From assembly GCA_965279515.1 (NCBI GenBank), contig CBDIID010000003.1, forward strand, positions 3,008,001 through 3,072,000: a DNA stretch of 64,000 nucleotides, read 5' to 3'. Below the pieces are notes generated by a model. It searched no databases and was not told the origin of the DNA. It worked only from the letters and a program-made list of their open reading frames with translations. Position numbers and translations under genes: made by a program. Each line of letters begins with the position of its first letter. Position 1 is the stretch's first letter. Positions 10,041 to 20,231 of this stretch are shown here, in pieces. The DNA is from Turneriella sp. Its GTDB lineage: Bacteria; Spirochaetota; Leptospiria; Turneriellales; Turneriellaceae.

Positions 10041-10073
10041 TTGTCGCCTCAAATGATCATTCGAGACCATTTT
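10041..10073. promoter_or_regulatory. Palindromic operator-like motif, copy 2, overlapping a possible weak -35
   Basis: ctcaaatga|tcattcgag dyad (1 mismatch). On the minus strand GCGACA-17 nt-TATAAA (10047 to 10019) precedes gene 8559..10013. Confidence 0.7.
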
Positions 10074-11669
10074 TTACGATTTTTCGAGGTTTTTATCCCG
10101 GAACTCCATAGCTGTCATGCCTGTATAGCGCTTGAATTCATTTGAAAATACCGCCTTGGAGCCGAAACCCGTGGCAAAGGCGATTTCCAGGACATTCTGT
10201 TCAGGCGATTGCACCAACAAACTTTGGGCCTCCTGCACCCTGTATTCATTAATAAAATTGGCAAAATTCTTTCCAAAGTGGGAATTCAAGAGTTCCGAAA
10301 GCTGGGTGCGATTGAGTCCAAGCGCTTTGGCGAGGTCTGGCAGGCGCAAATCTTCAATCAGGTAGATTTTTTCCTCTTTCATGAGGATGTCTAACCGCGA
10401 GAGAATTTCTTTCAGATCGATCTCGGCGAGCGAAGATTTCTGGTATTTGGATTTCGCAGAGAGGGCAGCCATTTTTTCTTCGAGCAGACGTAACCGTTCC
10501 CGATCGGCGCCGCGTTGTTTTTCCCATACTGCCATAAAGAAAAACAGGATATCCACAGGCAGCGCGAACATAACACCATAGACATAAAAATTACTGAATG
10601 GCAAGAGATTCAAAATATAGAGAACGTGAAACATCGCGAAGAAAAACAGGATTCCCCAGCCGATGATAAAAAGCCGGATATGCGGCCGTGAATTCTTAAG
10701 GAGTATCACGCCGATTGCAAAGAACGCAGGGATAGAGATCAGGTAAACCAGCGAGATCAGGCGCGAAAAAATAACGACAGGTATGGTAGTGAGCGTTAGC
10801 GGAATGCTCAACAGGCAGATGATGGCGACGACTTTGCAAACCAGATCGACTCTGGGCATCAGCCGGGGAAAGTCGAGCAGGCGCCGCAGAAACAACATGG
10901 TGAACAGCACCTGCGCGCCCATAAAAGTGAAACCTGCACGGTTTTGCCACCATGTCGCCTCGGGCCAAAAGATATCGAACCCGTTACCGAATATCGTTGT
11001 AAACGCCAGGCTCACCGTCACGATATAGGCGATGTATAGCGGATAATTCATATCGCGGGAAACGATGTAGAGAAAAAGCGCGAATGCAACGAGAATCAGT
11101 ATCACGGTAGAATAGGCGAAGATCAACGTGACCTCGCGCTTCAGGTCGCGCAGGTAGGCGACCTCTGACTTTATGAAGATGGGAAAATTCATCAATGAAG
11201 TCGAAGTCAGACGGATGAAGAAAATCCCCCCCGAAACCCGCTCGGGCACAATCTCTACCGCGGGAAAGTGAGCCTCAGGCAGCGACCACTGCGACTTCGG
11301 ATACGCGTCACCGGCAATCTGTTTTTGTGTATCGCCTGAAGTATCGCGGTAGAACAGCTCTAAGGAATCAAGGGGTTTCCATTCGAAGACAGTATAGATC
11401 TTCTTTAGCGCGGCGAAATCGGGCAGCTCGCGCAGATCGAAACGGAACCAGAAGGCCGATTTGGAGAAGGCAAAGCGTGTCGCATCGAGACCGATCTTGC
11501 GCCATTTTTCCTGTGGCACGGCTGCGACATCGCCAAAACCCAGTTTGCCCGATGCGTCCTCAAGATAGTTCACGCCGGCAGTAAAATTCTGCTTTCGTGT
11601 TTCTGCGGTCAGGGGAGAAAGTGCCGCGGTGACTAAAAACAACCTAAGATAGACACGCACTACCGGCAT
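10074..11669 (-). CDS. 7TM-DISM sensor / AraC-family transcriptional regulator
   Basis: Signal peptide; DISMED2-like FSKSAFWFRF motif; about 7 TM helices; C-terminal NVLEIAFATGFGSKAVFSNEFKRYTGMT. Confidence 0.92.
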   Translation of the reverse strand: MPVVRVYLRLFLVTAALSPLTAETRKQNFTAGVNYLEDASGKLGFGDVAAVPQEKWRKIGLDATRFAFSKSAFWFRFDLRELPDFAALKKIYTVFEWKPLDSLELFYRDTSGDTQKQIAGDAYPKSQWSLPEAHFPAVEIVPERVSGGIFFIRLTSTSLMNFPIFIKSEVAYLRDLKREVTLIFAYSTVILILVAFALFLYIVSRDMNYPLYIAYIVTVSLAFTTIFGNGFDIFWPEATWWQNRAGFTFMGAQVLFTMLFLRRLLDFPRLMPRVDLVCKVVAIICLLSIPLTLTTIPVVIFSRLISLVYLISIPAFFAIGVILLKNSRPHIRLFIIGWGILFFFAMFHVLYILNLLPFSNFYVYGVMFALPVDILFFFMAVWEKQRGADRERLRLLEEKMAALSAKSKYQKSSLAEIDLKEILSRLDILMKEEKIYLIEDLRLPDLAKALGLNRTQLSELLNSHFGKNFANFINEYRVQEAQSLLVQSPEQNVLEIAFATGFGSKAVFSNEFKRYTGMTAMEFRDKNLEKS

Positions 11670-11697
11670 CTTAAGGGATTTTCATCCTGTGGCAATC

Positions 11698-13020
11698 TTA
11701 AAGAGATCTGCGGAAATAAAAATAGAGCGGAATGCCCAGCGCGATGACGCCCAGACCCAGTGCCGTCAGTTGCGGCGTTGCCACTACGGCATAACCGATG
11801 AAAGCCGCTGAACAGAGCAAGAATAACGCGGGAAGCACAGGGTAGAGCGGCGTTCTGAAAACCGTGTTGTGCCCGCCGGGATCCATCCGCCTGACCTTGA
11901 AGATCGCCGCTGCGGTCAGGCCGTAAAAGATCCAGGAGGCAAAGACAACAGAATCTGTGAGCTGGTCGAAGGTGCCCGAAAGCGCAAGAATCGCCGCGAT
12001 CACACCCTGCGTGAGAGTCGATATGACCGGGATGGAATTTTTTGCCGAAAGGCGTGCCAGCGGTTTGAAGAAGACACCGTCGACCGCCATGGCATAGGGC
12101 ACGCGCGCGCTCGCGAGAATCGAACCATTCATTGCCCCCAGCGCCGAGATCACGAGCAGCACCGCCACGATTTTGACGCTGGCGCCTGAGATGCTCTTCG
12201 CCAGTGCCGCCGTTGCCACGGGCTGCGCCGCCGTATGCAGCGACGGGTTAGCCGCGAGAATTTCAGAAAAACCCAAAACACGAAAAAACGCCAGGTTAAC
12301 GATGAGGTAGACGGCGATCACGACTCCCATGCCGATGGCGAGGGCGAGCGGCAGGTTGCGCTGCGGGTTCTTGACCTCGCCGCCGAGCATCGGCAGATTA
12401 TTCCAGCCGTCGTATGCCCAGAGCGCGGCCATGAGCGCCGCCGAAAACGAGACCATGCCCGGCCAGTGTGCGGGCGGGGTTGCTGCGGCCGAGGCGGGCG
12501 TGAAGAGAAAAAGCAGGATGACAATCACGGCAAGGCTCAGGATCTTGATGGCGGTCAGGCTCACCTGCACCGAGGCGCTGACAAAAATCGTCAGGCTGTT
12601 GATAAACGTGAACAGCAGAATAAAAAACACCGCCATCTGCCAGATGCGGATGCCCATCGCTTCATACGGTACCACGACATGTAAAAACGTCGCTGCCCCG
12701 ACCGCGTAAGAGGCGGCGCTGCCCGGCGCGCCGATGGTGAAGCGCATCCAGCCGTACATGTATGCCGGAAAGCGGCCATAGCTGTTGCGGATAATCGCAT
12801 ACTCGCCGCCGGCCGCGGGCATACGCGAGCAGAGTTCTGCATAGGTGAGTGCTCCTGCGTAAGAGAGCAATCCTGCTACCAGCCAGGCGGTCAGCACGAG
12901 CGCAACACTGCCCGCGTGTGAAGCCATGATCGCGGGCTTGAGAAACACACCGGTGCCAATCATGCAGCCCGCGACGAGGCTGATGCAGGTGATCAGGCCG
13001 ATGGTTTGTTTCTGCGGCAC
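11698..13020 (-). CDS. APC-family amino acid permease
   Basis: GCMIGTGVF, YAELCSRMPAAGGEY and WAYDGWNN motifs; about 12 TM helices. Confidence 0.93.
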   Translation of the reverse strand: MPQKQTIGLITCISLVAGCMIGTGVFLKPAIMASHAGSVALVLTAWLVAGLLSYAGALTYAELCSRMPAAGGEYAIIRNSYGRFPAYMYGWMRFTIGAPGSAASYAVGAATFLHVVVPYEAMGIRIWQMAVFFILLFTFINSLTIFVSASVQVSLTAIKILSLAVIVILLFLFTPASAAATPPAHWPGMVSFSAALMAALWAYDGWNNLPMLGGEVKNPQRNLPLALAIGMGVVIAVYLIVNLAFFRVLGFSEILAANPSLHTAAQPVATAALAKSISGASVKIVAVLLVISALGAMNGSILASARVPYAMAVDGVFFKPLARLSAKNSIPVISTLTQGVIAAILALSGTFDQLTDSVVFASWIFYGLTAAAIFKVRRMDPGGHNTVFRTPLYPVLPALFLLCSAAFIGYAVVATPQLTALGLGVIALGIPLYFYFRRSL

Positions 13021-13032
13021 CGGGTTCGCGTG

Positions 13033-13461
13033 TTAGAATTTTACCGCGATGCCGGCTTTGCGGATCTGTGCCGCGGTTTCGGGAAAACTGGCAGCAAAGG
13101 TTTTTTTGCGTTTTAGCCAGCCGCGCGCTTCGGATAGCCCCGGAGCCAGGACTTTCAGCTCAGGGGCGGTCAGCGGTGCAATTGCTGCGGCGAGTTTTTT
13201 GTCACCAACGCGCTCGGCAACTTCGTATATATGGAAGTAGTGAAAATAAGCGCCCGAAGTATCCAGTTTGTCTATCAGGCGGATGAACTGCGTGAAATCG
13301 GCCGGCGCTCCATCGATAGCGGCGTCGAGTTTTCCGCCATAGTCTATCCCCGCGTCGGTTGCCTGAATTTGTGTCTCGTCGGCGATTTTGACACGCCCCG
13401 AATAGGGTTTGGCGGCAAGGTGTGTGAGAACCAGAACCCAAAGCAGCAGAATTGCGCGCAT
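13033..13461 (-). CDS. Hypothetical exported protein
   Basis: Signal-peptide-like N-terminus from ATG 13461; co-oriented with the permease. Confidence 0.65.
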   Translation of the reverse strand: MRAILLLWVLVLTHLAAKPYSGRVKIADETQIQATDAGIDYGGKLDAAIDGAPADFTQFIRLIDKLDTSGAYFHYFHIYEVAERVGDKKLAAAIAPLTAPELKVLAPGLSEARGWLKRKKTFAASFPETAAQIRKAGIAVKF

Positions 13462-13580
13462 ATACCCGAAATAAGGCCTTTTTGGTCGCGGCAAGTGCTA
13501 AAGGCGGGCATAACCGCCTATTCTGATCTTCACCTTGCCACGCCATGTGCCGATAATTAAAAGGGATAAAACGCCCACCT

Positions 13581-14783
13581 ATGTTCCAGATTGCTAATTT
13601 TCAGCAGAATGCCTTTGTTATCGTGGAAGGCAAGGCAGCCCCGGGGTTTTACATTGTAAGACAAGGTAAGGTTCGGCTTACGGCCGAGATGCCGATTCCT
13701 GGCGAAGAAGCGAACCTGATGCTGAATCCCGGAGATTTTTTCGGCGTCGTCTCGGCCATGAGTGGCCATCCCCATATCGAAACCGCCCAGTGCCTCGCCG
13801 GCACATCGATGATCAATGTCGGTCGCGACCAGTTCGGCGTGCTTATCCAGAAAAACGCGCCGATCGCGATGAAGATCATCCGCTATTTTTCGCAGCGCCT
13901 GCGCATCATCGACCGGGCGATCACAAAACTGACATTCCATAGCACCGTTGAAGAAGATCCGCAAATGATGTTTAACATCGCGCAGTTCTACAACGGCAAA
14001 CAAGAGATGAAGCATGCCGCGTATGCGTACCAGCGTTACCTGCAATTTTATCCGACCGGCGCCTTTGCCGCGCAGGCCAAGATGGCGCTGCAAAACATGA
14101 ATGCGCCGATGTCGGTGCCGCCCCCTGCGGGCAATGCCCTCGCGCGCTCTTTTGCCGACGGGCAGATGATCTTTATCGAGCACGAACCGGGCAATGAACT
14201 CTATATTATTCAGGGCGGTAAGGTCAAGATCACCAAGGTCGTGAATGAAAACGAAGTCTTGCTCGCGGTGTTAAATCCCGGCGATATTTTCGGCGAGATG
14301 GCCTTATTGGAAAATAAACCGCGCTCAGCATCTGCTGCGGCTTTTGGCAATGTCACAACACTTGCGATCAATAAGCAAAACTTCGAGGGCATGGTACAGG
14401 CGCAGCCGCAGCTGGCTACGAAACTCATCACACTGCTCAGCGAGCGCATCTGGCTTGCGTATCGCCAGCTCGCAAACCTGCTGATCACCGACCCGGTTGG
14501 GCGCATGTACGATACCCTGCTGACACAGGTGCAGAAGAAGAAGGTGGCGATTCAGCCAAAGACCAGTTATGTTTTCGATATCGGTTCGCAGGAAATTCTC
14601 AAGATGCTGGGATACCCCCCGGACAGGGGTGAAGAATATCTCATCACGATGCTCGGCGACAAGAACCTGCGCCTCGACCAGGGCAAGTTCATCTGCAAAG
14701 ATTTAGCTGAGCTCGAGAAACAAGTGCAGTTTATCCGCAAGCGTGCAGCCGCAGAGCGCCAGCGCGAAGCCGCGAAGAATTAG
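13581..14783 (+). CDS. Dual cyclic-nucleotide-binding (Crp-like) protein with central TPR-like segment
   Basis: Two cNMP domains (PGDFFG; PGDIFGEMALLENKPRSASA) separated by AYQRYLQFYPTG. Confidence 0.88.
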   Translation: MFQIANFQQNAFVIVEGKAAPGFYIVRQGKVRLTAEMPIPGEEANLMLNPGDFFGVVSAMSGHPHIETAQCLAGTSMINVGRDQFGVLIQKNAPIAMKIIRYFSQRLRIIDRAITKLTFHSTVEEDPQMMFNIAQFYNGKQEMKHAAYAYQRYLQFYPTGAFAAQAKMALQNMNAPMSVPPPAGNALARSFADGQMIFIEHEPGNELYIIQGGKVKITKVVNENEVLLAVLNPGDIFGEMALLENKPRSASAAAFGNVTTLAINKQNFEGMVQAQPQLATKLITLLSERIWLAYRQLANLLITDPVGRMYDTLLTQVQKKKVAIQPKTSYVFDIGSQEILKMLGYPPDRGEEYLITMLGDKNLRLDQGKFICKDLAELEKQVQFIRKRAAAERQREAAKN

Positions 14784-15658
14784 ATTACGTCGGCTGTCGC
14801 CATGATGCCGAGAAATTTTGCAATTTCCTGGTTCAGCGACTCTTTTAAGAATCCCAGCGACTGCATCGCCGACTCGAAAGCGCCTTTGCGGTCGTAGTTC
14901 AGTTTTTCAGGTTTGGCTTCTGCAGTGAAACGTTCGATCATCACAATCAGGTCGAGGCTGCCGTTGAATACCGCGAACATCTCGCCGGCGAGCAAATAGG
15001 CCATACAGTAGCGTTTTTGTTTTTCGGGATCGAGCTTCTCAACGTACTTTTTGCAGTTCCGGTCGATTTGCCCCAGGTAACTCGCGAGCGGCTTGGGGAA
15101 ACGCAGGAACTCCACCACCATCGCCTGCACGCGCCCGGCATGCGCGGCGAGGTCGCGCTCATAGGTGTTCGTGAGCTCCAGAATCGCATCATGCTGGTTG
15201 CCGTCTTTCATGTCTTCGAGCACCGACGACATCTTCAGGCTCTGTATGAGACCGCGGTAACGTTCACCGTTGCGCTGCATCTCACGTTCTGCATTGAGCA
15301 AAAACGGATGTAACTCAGAGTCGCGCGTATCGGGTTCGATGTTGAGGGCCGGTAACCATGTCGGTAGTTTCATCGGCTGCGGATGTACACGGCGCTCACC
15401 GCGATTTTCCGTTGCTGTAGCTGTGGGCGACGAAGACAATTCACCAGGTTTGACAGTACCCGAGAGCCGCTTGGCTAGAACGGCTTCTTCGCGCCCCAGC
15501 GCGATCGGTATGATTTCTACCTTGTGCGTGCGCAGGTTGAAGCGCGTCGCAAACCGCCGGCCCTGCGCGTCGATATAGCGGTTTTCAATGCCCTTCAGGG
15601 TAATGCGGCCCGTGTCTATGTCCGAAACCGATTCGATGCGGAGATAGTGGCGGCGCAT
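14780..15658 (-). CDS. Hypothetical protein
   Basis: 292-aa ORF coupled to the upstream phosphatase gene; no recognisable motif. Confidence 0.75.
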   Translation of the reverse strand: MRRHYLRIESVSDIDTGRITLKGIENRYIDAQGRRFATRFNLRTHKVEIIPIALGREEAVLAKRLSGTVKPGELSSSPTATATENRGERRVHPQPMKLPTWLPALNIEPDTRDSELHPFLLNAEREMQRNGERYRGLIQSLKMSSVLEDMKDGNQHDAILELTNTYERDLAAHAGRVQAMVVEFLRFPKPLASYLGQIDRNCKKYVEKLDPEKQKRYCMAYLLAGEMFAVFNGSLDLIVMIERFTAEAKPEKLNYDRKGAFESAMQSLGFLKESLNQEIAKFLGIMATADVI

Positions 15659-15661
15659 ATT

Positions 15662-17626
15662 TTAAGTGAGGCCCTCCCGCAGGCGGCGCGCTTTGGCGTT
15701 CAGGGGGTCAACGGTCAGAATTTCGTCGAGCACGTAGTTGGCTTTATCGCGCTCGTTCAGCGTCGAGTAGATGTCAGCGAGCAGGTTCAGGTTCATCATA
15801 TTGGGATTCGGATCAATGCTGCGGATTTTTTCTGCATAGTGGAGCGCCTTGTCGAGATGATTCAGCCGACGCTCGGCAAATGCCGCGAGGTACAGGACTT
15901 CGGTGTCGTCGCCCTGCAATTTCAGCGATTTTTCTGCGATGCTCACCGAAAGGCTGTATTCCTTGATCTGCATCGCCAGGTTGAGCGCCGCCCGCAATGC
16001 CCGCGGCCCGGCCGAGGGGGAGTTAAATGCACGGCGCAGTAACCCAGCCGCTTCGGCTGCCTCGCCTGCGTCGACACGCTGTTTCGCGTCACGCAGCAGT
16101 GTCGAGGCGGTCTGCGCCTCTTTTACGGTGGTTTTTTCACGCGCTGCATGGTATTGCACACGCACCAATGACAGGTCGTCGGTGATTTCGCCCGATGCGG
16201 CGATGAGCTCGTACATCTCTTGCAGGCGGGCATCCGCAGTTTCGACGTGTTTCAGGAAGATGCTTTCGTCTTCATTGATCACACGCACGTTGCCTTCATG
16301 CCCCGGCAAGGCCACGTCGTCGCGGCCGTCGGAGCCCAGGATAATAATATCGCCGGGCTTGAGTTGCATGTGGTCAACGGCGATTTCGTCTTGCAGCCCG
16401 GGAGTACCGAGTTTGCGGTAATAGCTGCGGTTCTGTAGAAAGACGGCCTTGCCGTCGCGGTAGAGCACTCCCCAGGGATGCTCGGCATTCAGGTAATAAA
16501 GTTTGCCGGTATTGTTTTCGAGAACGGCGATGTAGACTGAAACCAGCATCGAGCAGTCGAAACTCTCGAAAACTTTTTGCAGCTCGAGAAAAATATTCTT
16601 GAGCCAGCGTTCGGGTTCCACATTCGTTTCGAGGCGCGTGCGTTCGATAATTGACTGGAAAACAGCGCCCAGAACCAGGGAGCCTCCCGCGCCCTGCATC
16701 GATTTGCCCATCGCGTCGGCGTTGAGGAAAACCGTCACGGGGCCCGTGGCAAACTGCAGCGAATGCGCGATCGAAATATCGCCGCCGATGCTGCGCTTGT
16801 GATTTTTGAATTCAAAATGTTTTTTCTGTTTCGTGAAAAAATCCACGTCGACGTTAAAACCTTCGTCAGCGGCATTCACTCCTAATGGATTTAACAGCAG
16901 CGAGGTCAGGTAATAATCCCCGTCTTGTTGCGTTTTGAGTTCGTTGACGAGATCAAGACTGGTTTTGAGTTTCTTTGAAGCGGTGATCACCTGCTCTTTT
17001 TCTTCCAGCAGGCTGAGTTCAGAACGGATCAGTTCTACCCGGCGCTCATAATCCTTGAGGCAGAGGAAGGTCAAAACCCCCAGATAAGGGAGCACCATGC
17101 CACCGAGAATCAATGAGCCGACGTCGCCGGCCAGAAAAAAGAAGTAGAATGTGATCGGTAAAAGCCAGGGAACAGCAAAAAGTAAAAACGTGAAACGGTT
17201 GCAGGCGAACGTGAATGCGGCCGCTCCGGTGACGCCGATAATGAGACTGAACGATGTGAGTTTCATGCTCGGATTCTTAATTTCGGGAAGCTGAAAAAAG
17301 AAACCGATGCCCATCAGCGTGGCAATGGTGAAAGCCTGGCCGTTGGCAAACATGGATTTTTTGCGGGGGTCTTGAATCCAGTCTTCGCCGAAAAAATAGA
17401 AGATAACGATCGGAACGCCTACAGCGAACTCGGCGATGAACCAGCCCAAATGGTGCTGTATGCCGGTATCGATCATCAGCATGGTATAATACAGCAGCAT
17501 CGCGCCCAGGAGGCCGACAACCGCCAGGCGCACATTCCAGAACATCTCACGCGTGAGTGTGGCCTCTACGTGCTCTACAAATTCCGGTTTGACGAGTTTC
17601 TCTATCGGACGCGCGAATATATTCAT
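15662..17626 (-). CDS. Membrane SpoIIE/PP2C phosphatase with C-terminal TPRs
   Basis: N-terminal TM helices; IGGD, NADAMGKSMQGAGG, LGSDGRDD and TDDLSL PP2C motifs; TPR-like tail. Confidence 0.92.
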   Translation of the reverse strand: MNIFARPIEKLVKPEFVEHVEATLTREMFWNVRLAVVGLLGAMLLYYTMLMIDTGIQHHLGWFIAEFAVGVPIVIFYFFGEDWIQDPRKKSMFANGQAFTIATLMGIGFFFQLPEIKNPSMKLTSFSLIIGVTGAAAFTFACNRFTFLLFAVPWLLPITFYFFFLAGDVGSLILGGMVLPYLGVLTFLCLKDYERRVELIRSELSLLEEKEQVITASKKLKTSLDLVNELKTQQDGDYYLTSLLLNPLGVNAADEGFNVDVDFFTKQKKHFEFKNHKRSIGGDISIAHSLQFATGPVTVFLNADAMGKSMQGAGGSLVLGAVFQSIIERTRLETNVEPERWLKNIFLELQKVFESFDCSMLVSVYIAVLENNTGKLYYLNAEHPWGVLYRDGKAVFLQNRSYYRKLGTPGLQDEIAVDHMQLKPGDIIILGSDGRDDVALPGHEGNVRVINEDESIFLKHVETADARLQEMYELIAASGEITDDLSLVRVQYHAAREKTTVKEAQTASTLLRDAKQRVDAGEAAEAAGLLRRAFNSPSAGPRALRAALNLAMQIKEYSLSVSIAEKSLKLQGDDTEVLYLAAFAERRLNHLDKALHYAEKIRSIDPNPNMMNLNLLADIYSTLNERDKANYVLDEILTVDPLNAKARRLREGLT

Positions 17627-17742
17627 GGCAAAGGCTCCTATGTCATAATATCGGCAGATGGGGTCTGTAAATGCAAATTTGGACGCGTGGAGACAGCGCG
17701 TAAAGCTAAAATGAACACATGTTCACTTATGCGAATAGAAAA

Positions 17743-18039
17743 TTAAGATGGTTTCTTTTTGTGCTCGGCTTCAGTCACCACTTTGAGGCTCTTTTTGAAG
17801 TTCCATTTGCGGTAAACTGACAGCGCATCCATGCGCGCATTGGGCAGAAAAAAATAATTTGAGCCGTATTGTACGATGGCACCTTTATAGTCGGAGTGTT
17901 TGCCGCGGAAATCGACTTTACCGATCTCTTTGACCTGGTTCCAGTTTTCGACGTTCTTCAACACCGGCATCTGATAAAGATGCAACTCGCGGATGCTGCC
18001 ATCCTGCAGTGCACGAACCATCAACTGCGACCAATCCAT
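17743..18039 (-). CDS. Small hypothetical protein
   Basis: 98-aa ORF with GAGA-type SD upstream and normal composition. Confidence 0.7.
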   Translation of the reverse strand: MDWSQLMVRALQDGSIRELHLYQMPVLKNVENWNQVKEIGKVDFRGKHSDYKGAIVQYGSNYFFLPNARMDALSVYRKWNFKKSLKVVTEAEHKKKPS

Positions 18040-18105
18040 CGATATATTCTCGGAGTTTGCGAACGTGAAGTCAAGTTTTTTCAGGTATTCAGCGTTTGGC
18101 CCGGT

Positions 18106-19296
18106 TTAGAAGGTCAGGTGACCGGCGACCCGAATGAAAAAATTGAAGCGTTCGCGCCCGCGCGTGTCTTCTGCATACGTCACCGTGAAGAAGCCCTGCA
18201 CAGCATCGGTGTTCACCAGCGCCATCATCTTAAAGCCCCGGTCTTTGATGCGCATGGCCGTCGATTGCAGCAAAACCGACGAATACCAGTCTGAGGGGAA
18301 TATTACCGGCTCGAGCGGCTGTTCGCTGTAGAGGGTATAATGCCCGCCGCCGAGGAAAATGAAGTCCGCATAACCGAAACCGGCAAGCGTCTGCAGCGAA
18401 CCGTCGACGCCGGCCGTGGCGCCGCTGCGCAGGTGAAAACCTGTTGCACTGTTGCGCAGCGAAATGCCCGCTAACTGCGACTTTTCTTCATACACGGCGA
18501 CCGCAGTCAGGTATTCGCCAGCAAAGCGCAGCATGCCGAAACGGGTGTCGGTCTGAAAGTACTGCGCGAACCAGCTTGCCGAGAAGAACTGGGCGGCGAT
18601 GCCCTCTTTGGCCGCGTAAATACCGCTGGCGAGCGGACCCTCCGCGCTGCGTTTGAAAGCCAAGGCGCGCAGCGTAAAGTCGCCAGTGTACCGGCCATGC
18701 AGAAGATAGTTTCCCGTGCCAGCGAAGTCGGCGCCGCCTTTAAAACCCAAGTGCTCTTCGCGGTCACCCAAGAGAATTGCCGCCAGGGGGATCGCCTGCT
18801 GTGCTAGTTCGACGTTCTGTGTCGCGGCCCCGCCCGAGATTTTGAGCCATGCGAGCGGTGTAATGCAGAAATTTGCCGTGGCCAGGTTCTGCGCCTCGTG
18901 CTGGTAATACGCGGCCTCGGCCCCCGCGTACTTGAATACATATCCCGTGCGGATGCCGATGGGCTCGGCGAAGGCGAAATTTTTCGTCCAGGGCAGGTAG
19001 GCGCCGTTGCTGATGACAAAACCCTGATCGAGAGATTTCTCCCTCTGGCCCAATTCAAGAATGAACGGGCTTTGTGTCGAGGAATACGAAGCGACGACGC
19101 CCTGCACGTCGGGTGCCGTGAAGGCGCCGATACGGTAGGGACCGTGTTTGTAGGTGGCAACGCCAAAATCGACAGACGGGCCGATATCGTTGCGCAGCAA
19201 ACCCGTCTGTACGCTGACTTCGTGGGCCGCGATTTCCCTAAGAACCAAAAGCAGCAAAACGGCGACGAGCGCCTGTACAGATTTCATGAGCGGCAT
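18106..19296 (-). CDS. Hypothetical exported beta-strand-rich (probable outer membrane) protein
   Basis: Signal peptide; amphipathic strands; terminal Phe (VAGHLTF). Confidence 0.7.
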   Translation of the reverse strand: MPLMKSVQALVAVLLLLVLREIAAHEVSVQTGLLRNDIGPSVDFGVATYKHGPYRIGAFTAPDVQGVVASYSSTQSPFILELGQREKSLDQGFVISNGAYLPWTKNFAFAEPIGIRTGYVFKYAGAEAAYYQHEAQNLATANFCITPLAWLKISGGAATQNVELAQQAIPLAAILLGDREEHLGFKGGADFAGTGNYLLHGRYTGDFTLRALAFKRSAEGPLASGIYAAKEGIAAQFFSASWFAQYFQTDTRFGMLRFAGEYLTAVAVYEEKSQLAGISLRNSATGFHLRSGATAGVDGSLQTLAGFGYADFIFLGGGHYTLYSEQPLEPVIFPSDWYSSVLLQSTAMRIKDRGFKMMALVNTDAVQGFFTVTYAEDTRGRERFNFFIRVAGHLTF

Positions 19297-20231
19297 TCCC
19301 AGTGGTGGCGCTTGAGCGCGGCCTGCGCCGCAGCGCTGAGAGCGCAGATGTCTTTTTCACGCGCGTACTGCAGCGCCTCGACGGGGGTGAGTCCCCACTT
19401 TACCAGGGTGGCGAACGCCGGTACCGTTTGCGGTTTTTTCGGCGTTGGTTTTTTTGTCTCTGCTGGTACTGCCTGCAGAACCGGTTCTGCGCTTTCGCTG
19501 TGTTCGACCTGAATACTGTAGCTGAGCGAAAATTCCCAGTAGGTTTCACTGCCCGGTGCAAGGCGCATGAGCGAGCGCAGCTGCAGATGTTCGACCGGCT
19601 TCAGCCACAGGCCTGCGCGGGCCCGCACGGAGACGGGTTCATACCCCAGAATCAATCCGCCGTATTTGCTGACGAAGGCAAAGACATTCGCCGACCAGCG
19701 GTAAGGCTGCGAATAGAGTGCTTCAAATTCCGTGTTGAATTCGAGCGGTATGCCCGGGCGAACCAGGAATGCCAGCGTGGCCCGCGTCAGCTTTGCCGAG
19801 GCGGCGATGTCTGTGCGAAAAACAGGGTGATGCCAGCTGAGGCCAGCCGCCGGTAAAAAATCGGCCGGTTCCGTGCTGCGCGTGTTCAACTTTTGCTGTC
19901 TGAAATGTGCGCCGAGGCCCAAATAAAAAGCATGATCGCCGAAACGTTTGCCCGCCTGCATCAGCGCAGCGGCGTTCGTGAGTATGCGGTCGCCGCTCAG
20001 GTCATGGCGCCGCGCAAAGACCGCATAACCCCAGTGATCGGTGGTGTCTTCGACTTCGAGACTGTCGCTCAGCGCAGCGCGGGCCGCGTTGCCGTTACCG
20101 CCGTCATGCGTCAGCCGCGCGCTCAGCGCATGCCCGGGCCGAGCGACTATCAGGTAGATAGTGGCCGCCGCAACCGTCAGAAGAAAATCCGCTAAACCGT
20201 TCCAACGGCCGCGAGAGGGTTTTTGCCCCAT
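19284..20231 (-). CDS. Hypothetical exported beta-rich protein with short helical C-terminal domain
   Basis: ATG 20231 preceded by GGAG; signal-like segment; beta-strand pattern; Pro/Lys linker. Confidence 0.65.
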   Translation of the reverse strand: MGQKPSRGRWNGLADFLLTVAAATIYLIVARPGHALSARLTHDGGNGNAARAALSDSLEVEDTTDHWGYAVFARRHDLSGDRILTNAAALMQAGKRFGDHAFYLGLGAHFRQQKLNTRSTEPADFLPAAGLSWHHPVFRTDIAASAKLTRATLAFLVRPGIPLEFNTEFEALYSQPYRWSANVFAFVSKYGGLILGYEPVSVRARAGLWLKPVEHLQLRSLMRLAPGSETYWEFSLSYSIQVEHSESAEPVLQAVPAETKKPTPKKPQTVPAFATLVKWGLTPVEALQYAREKDICALSAAAQAALKRHHWECRS

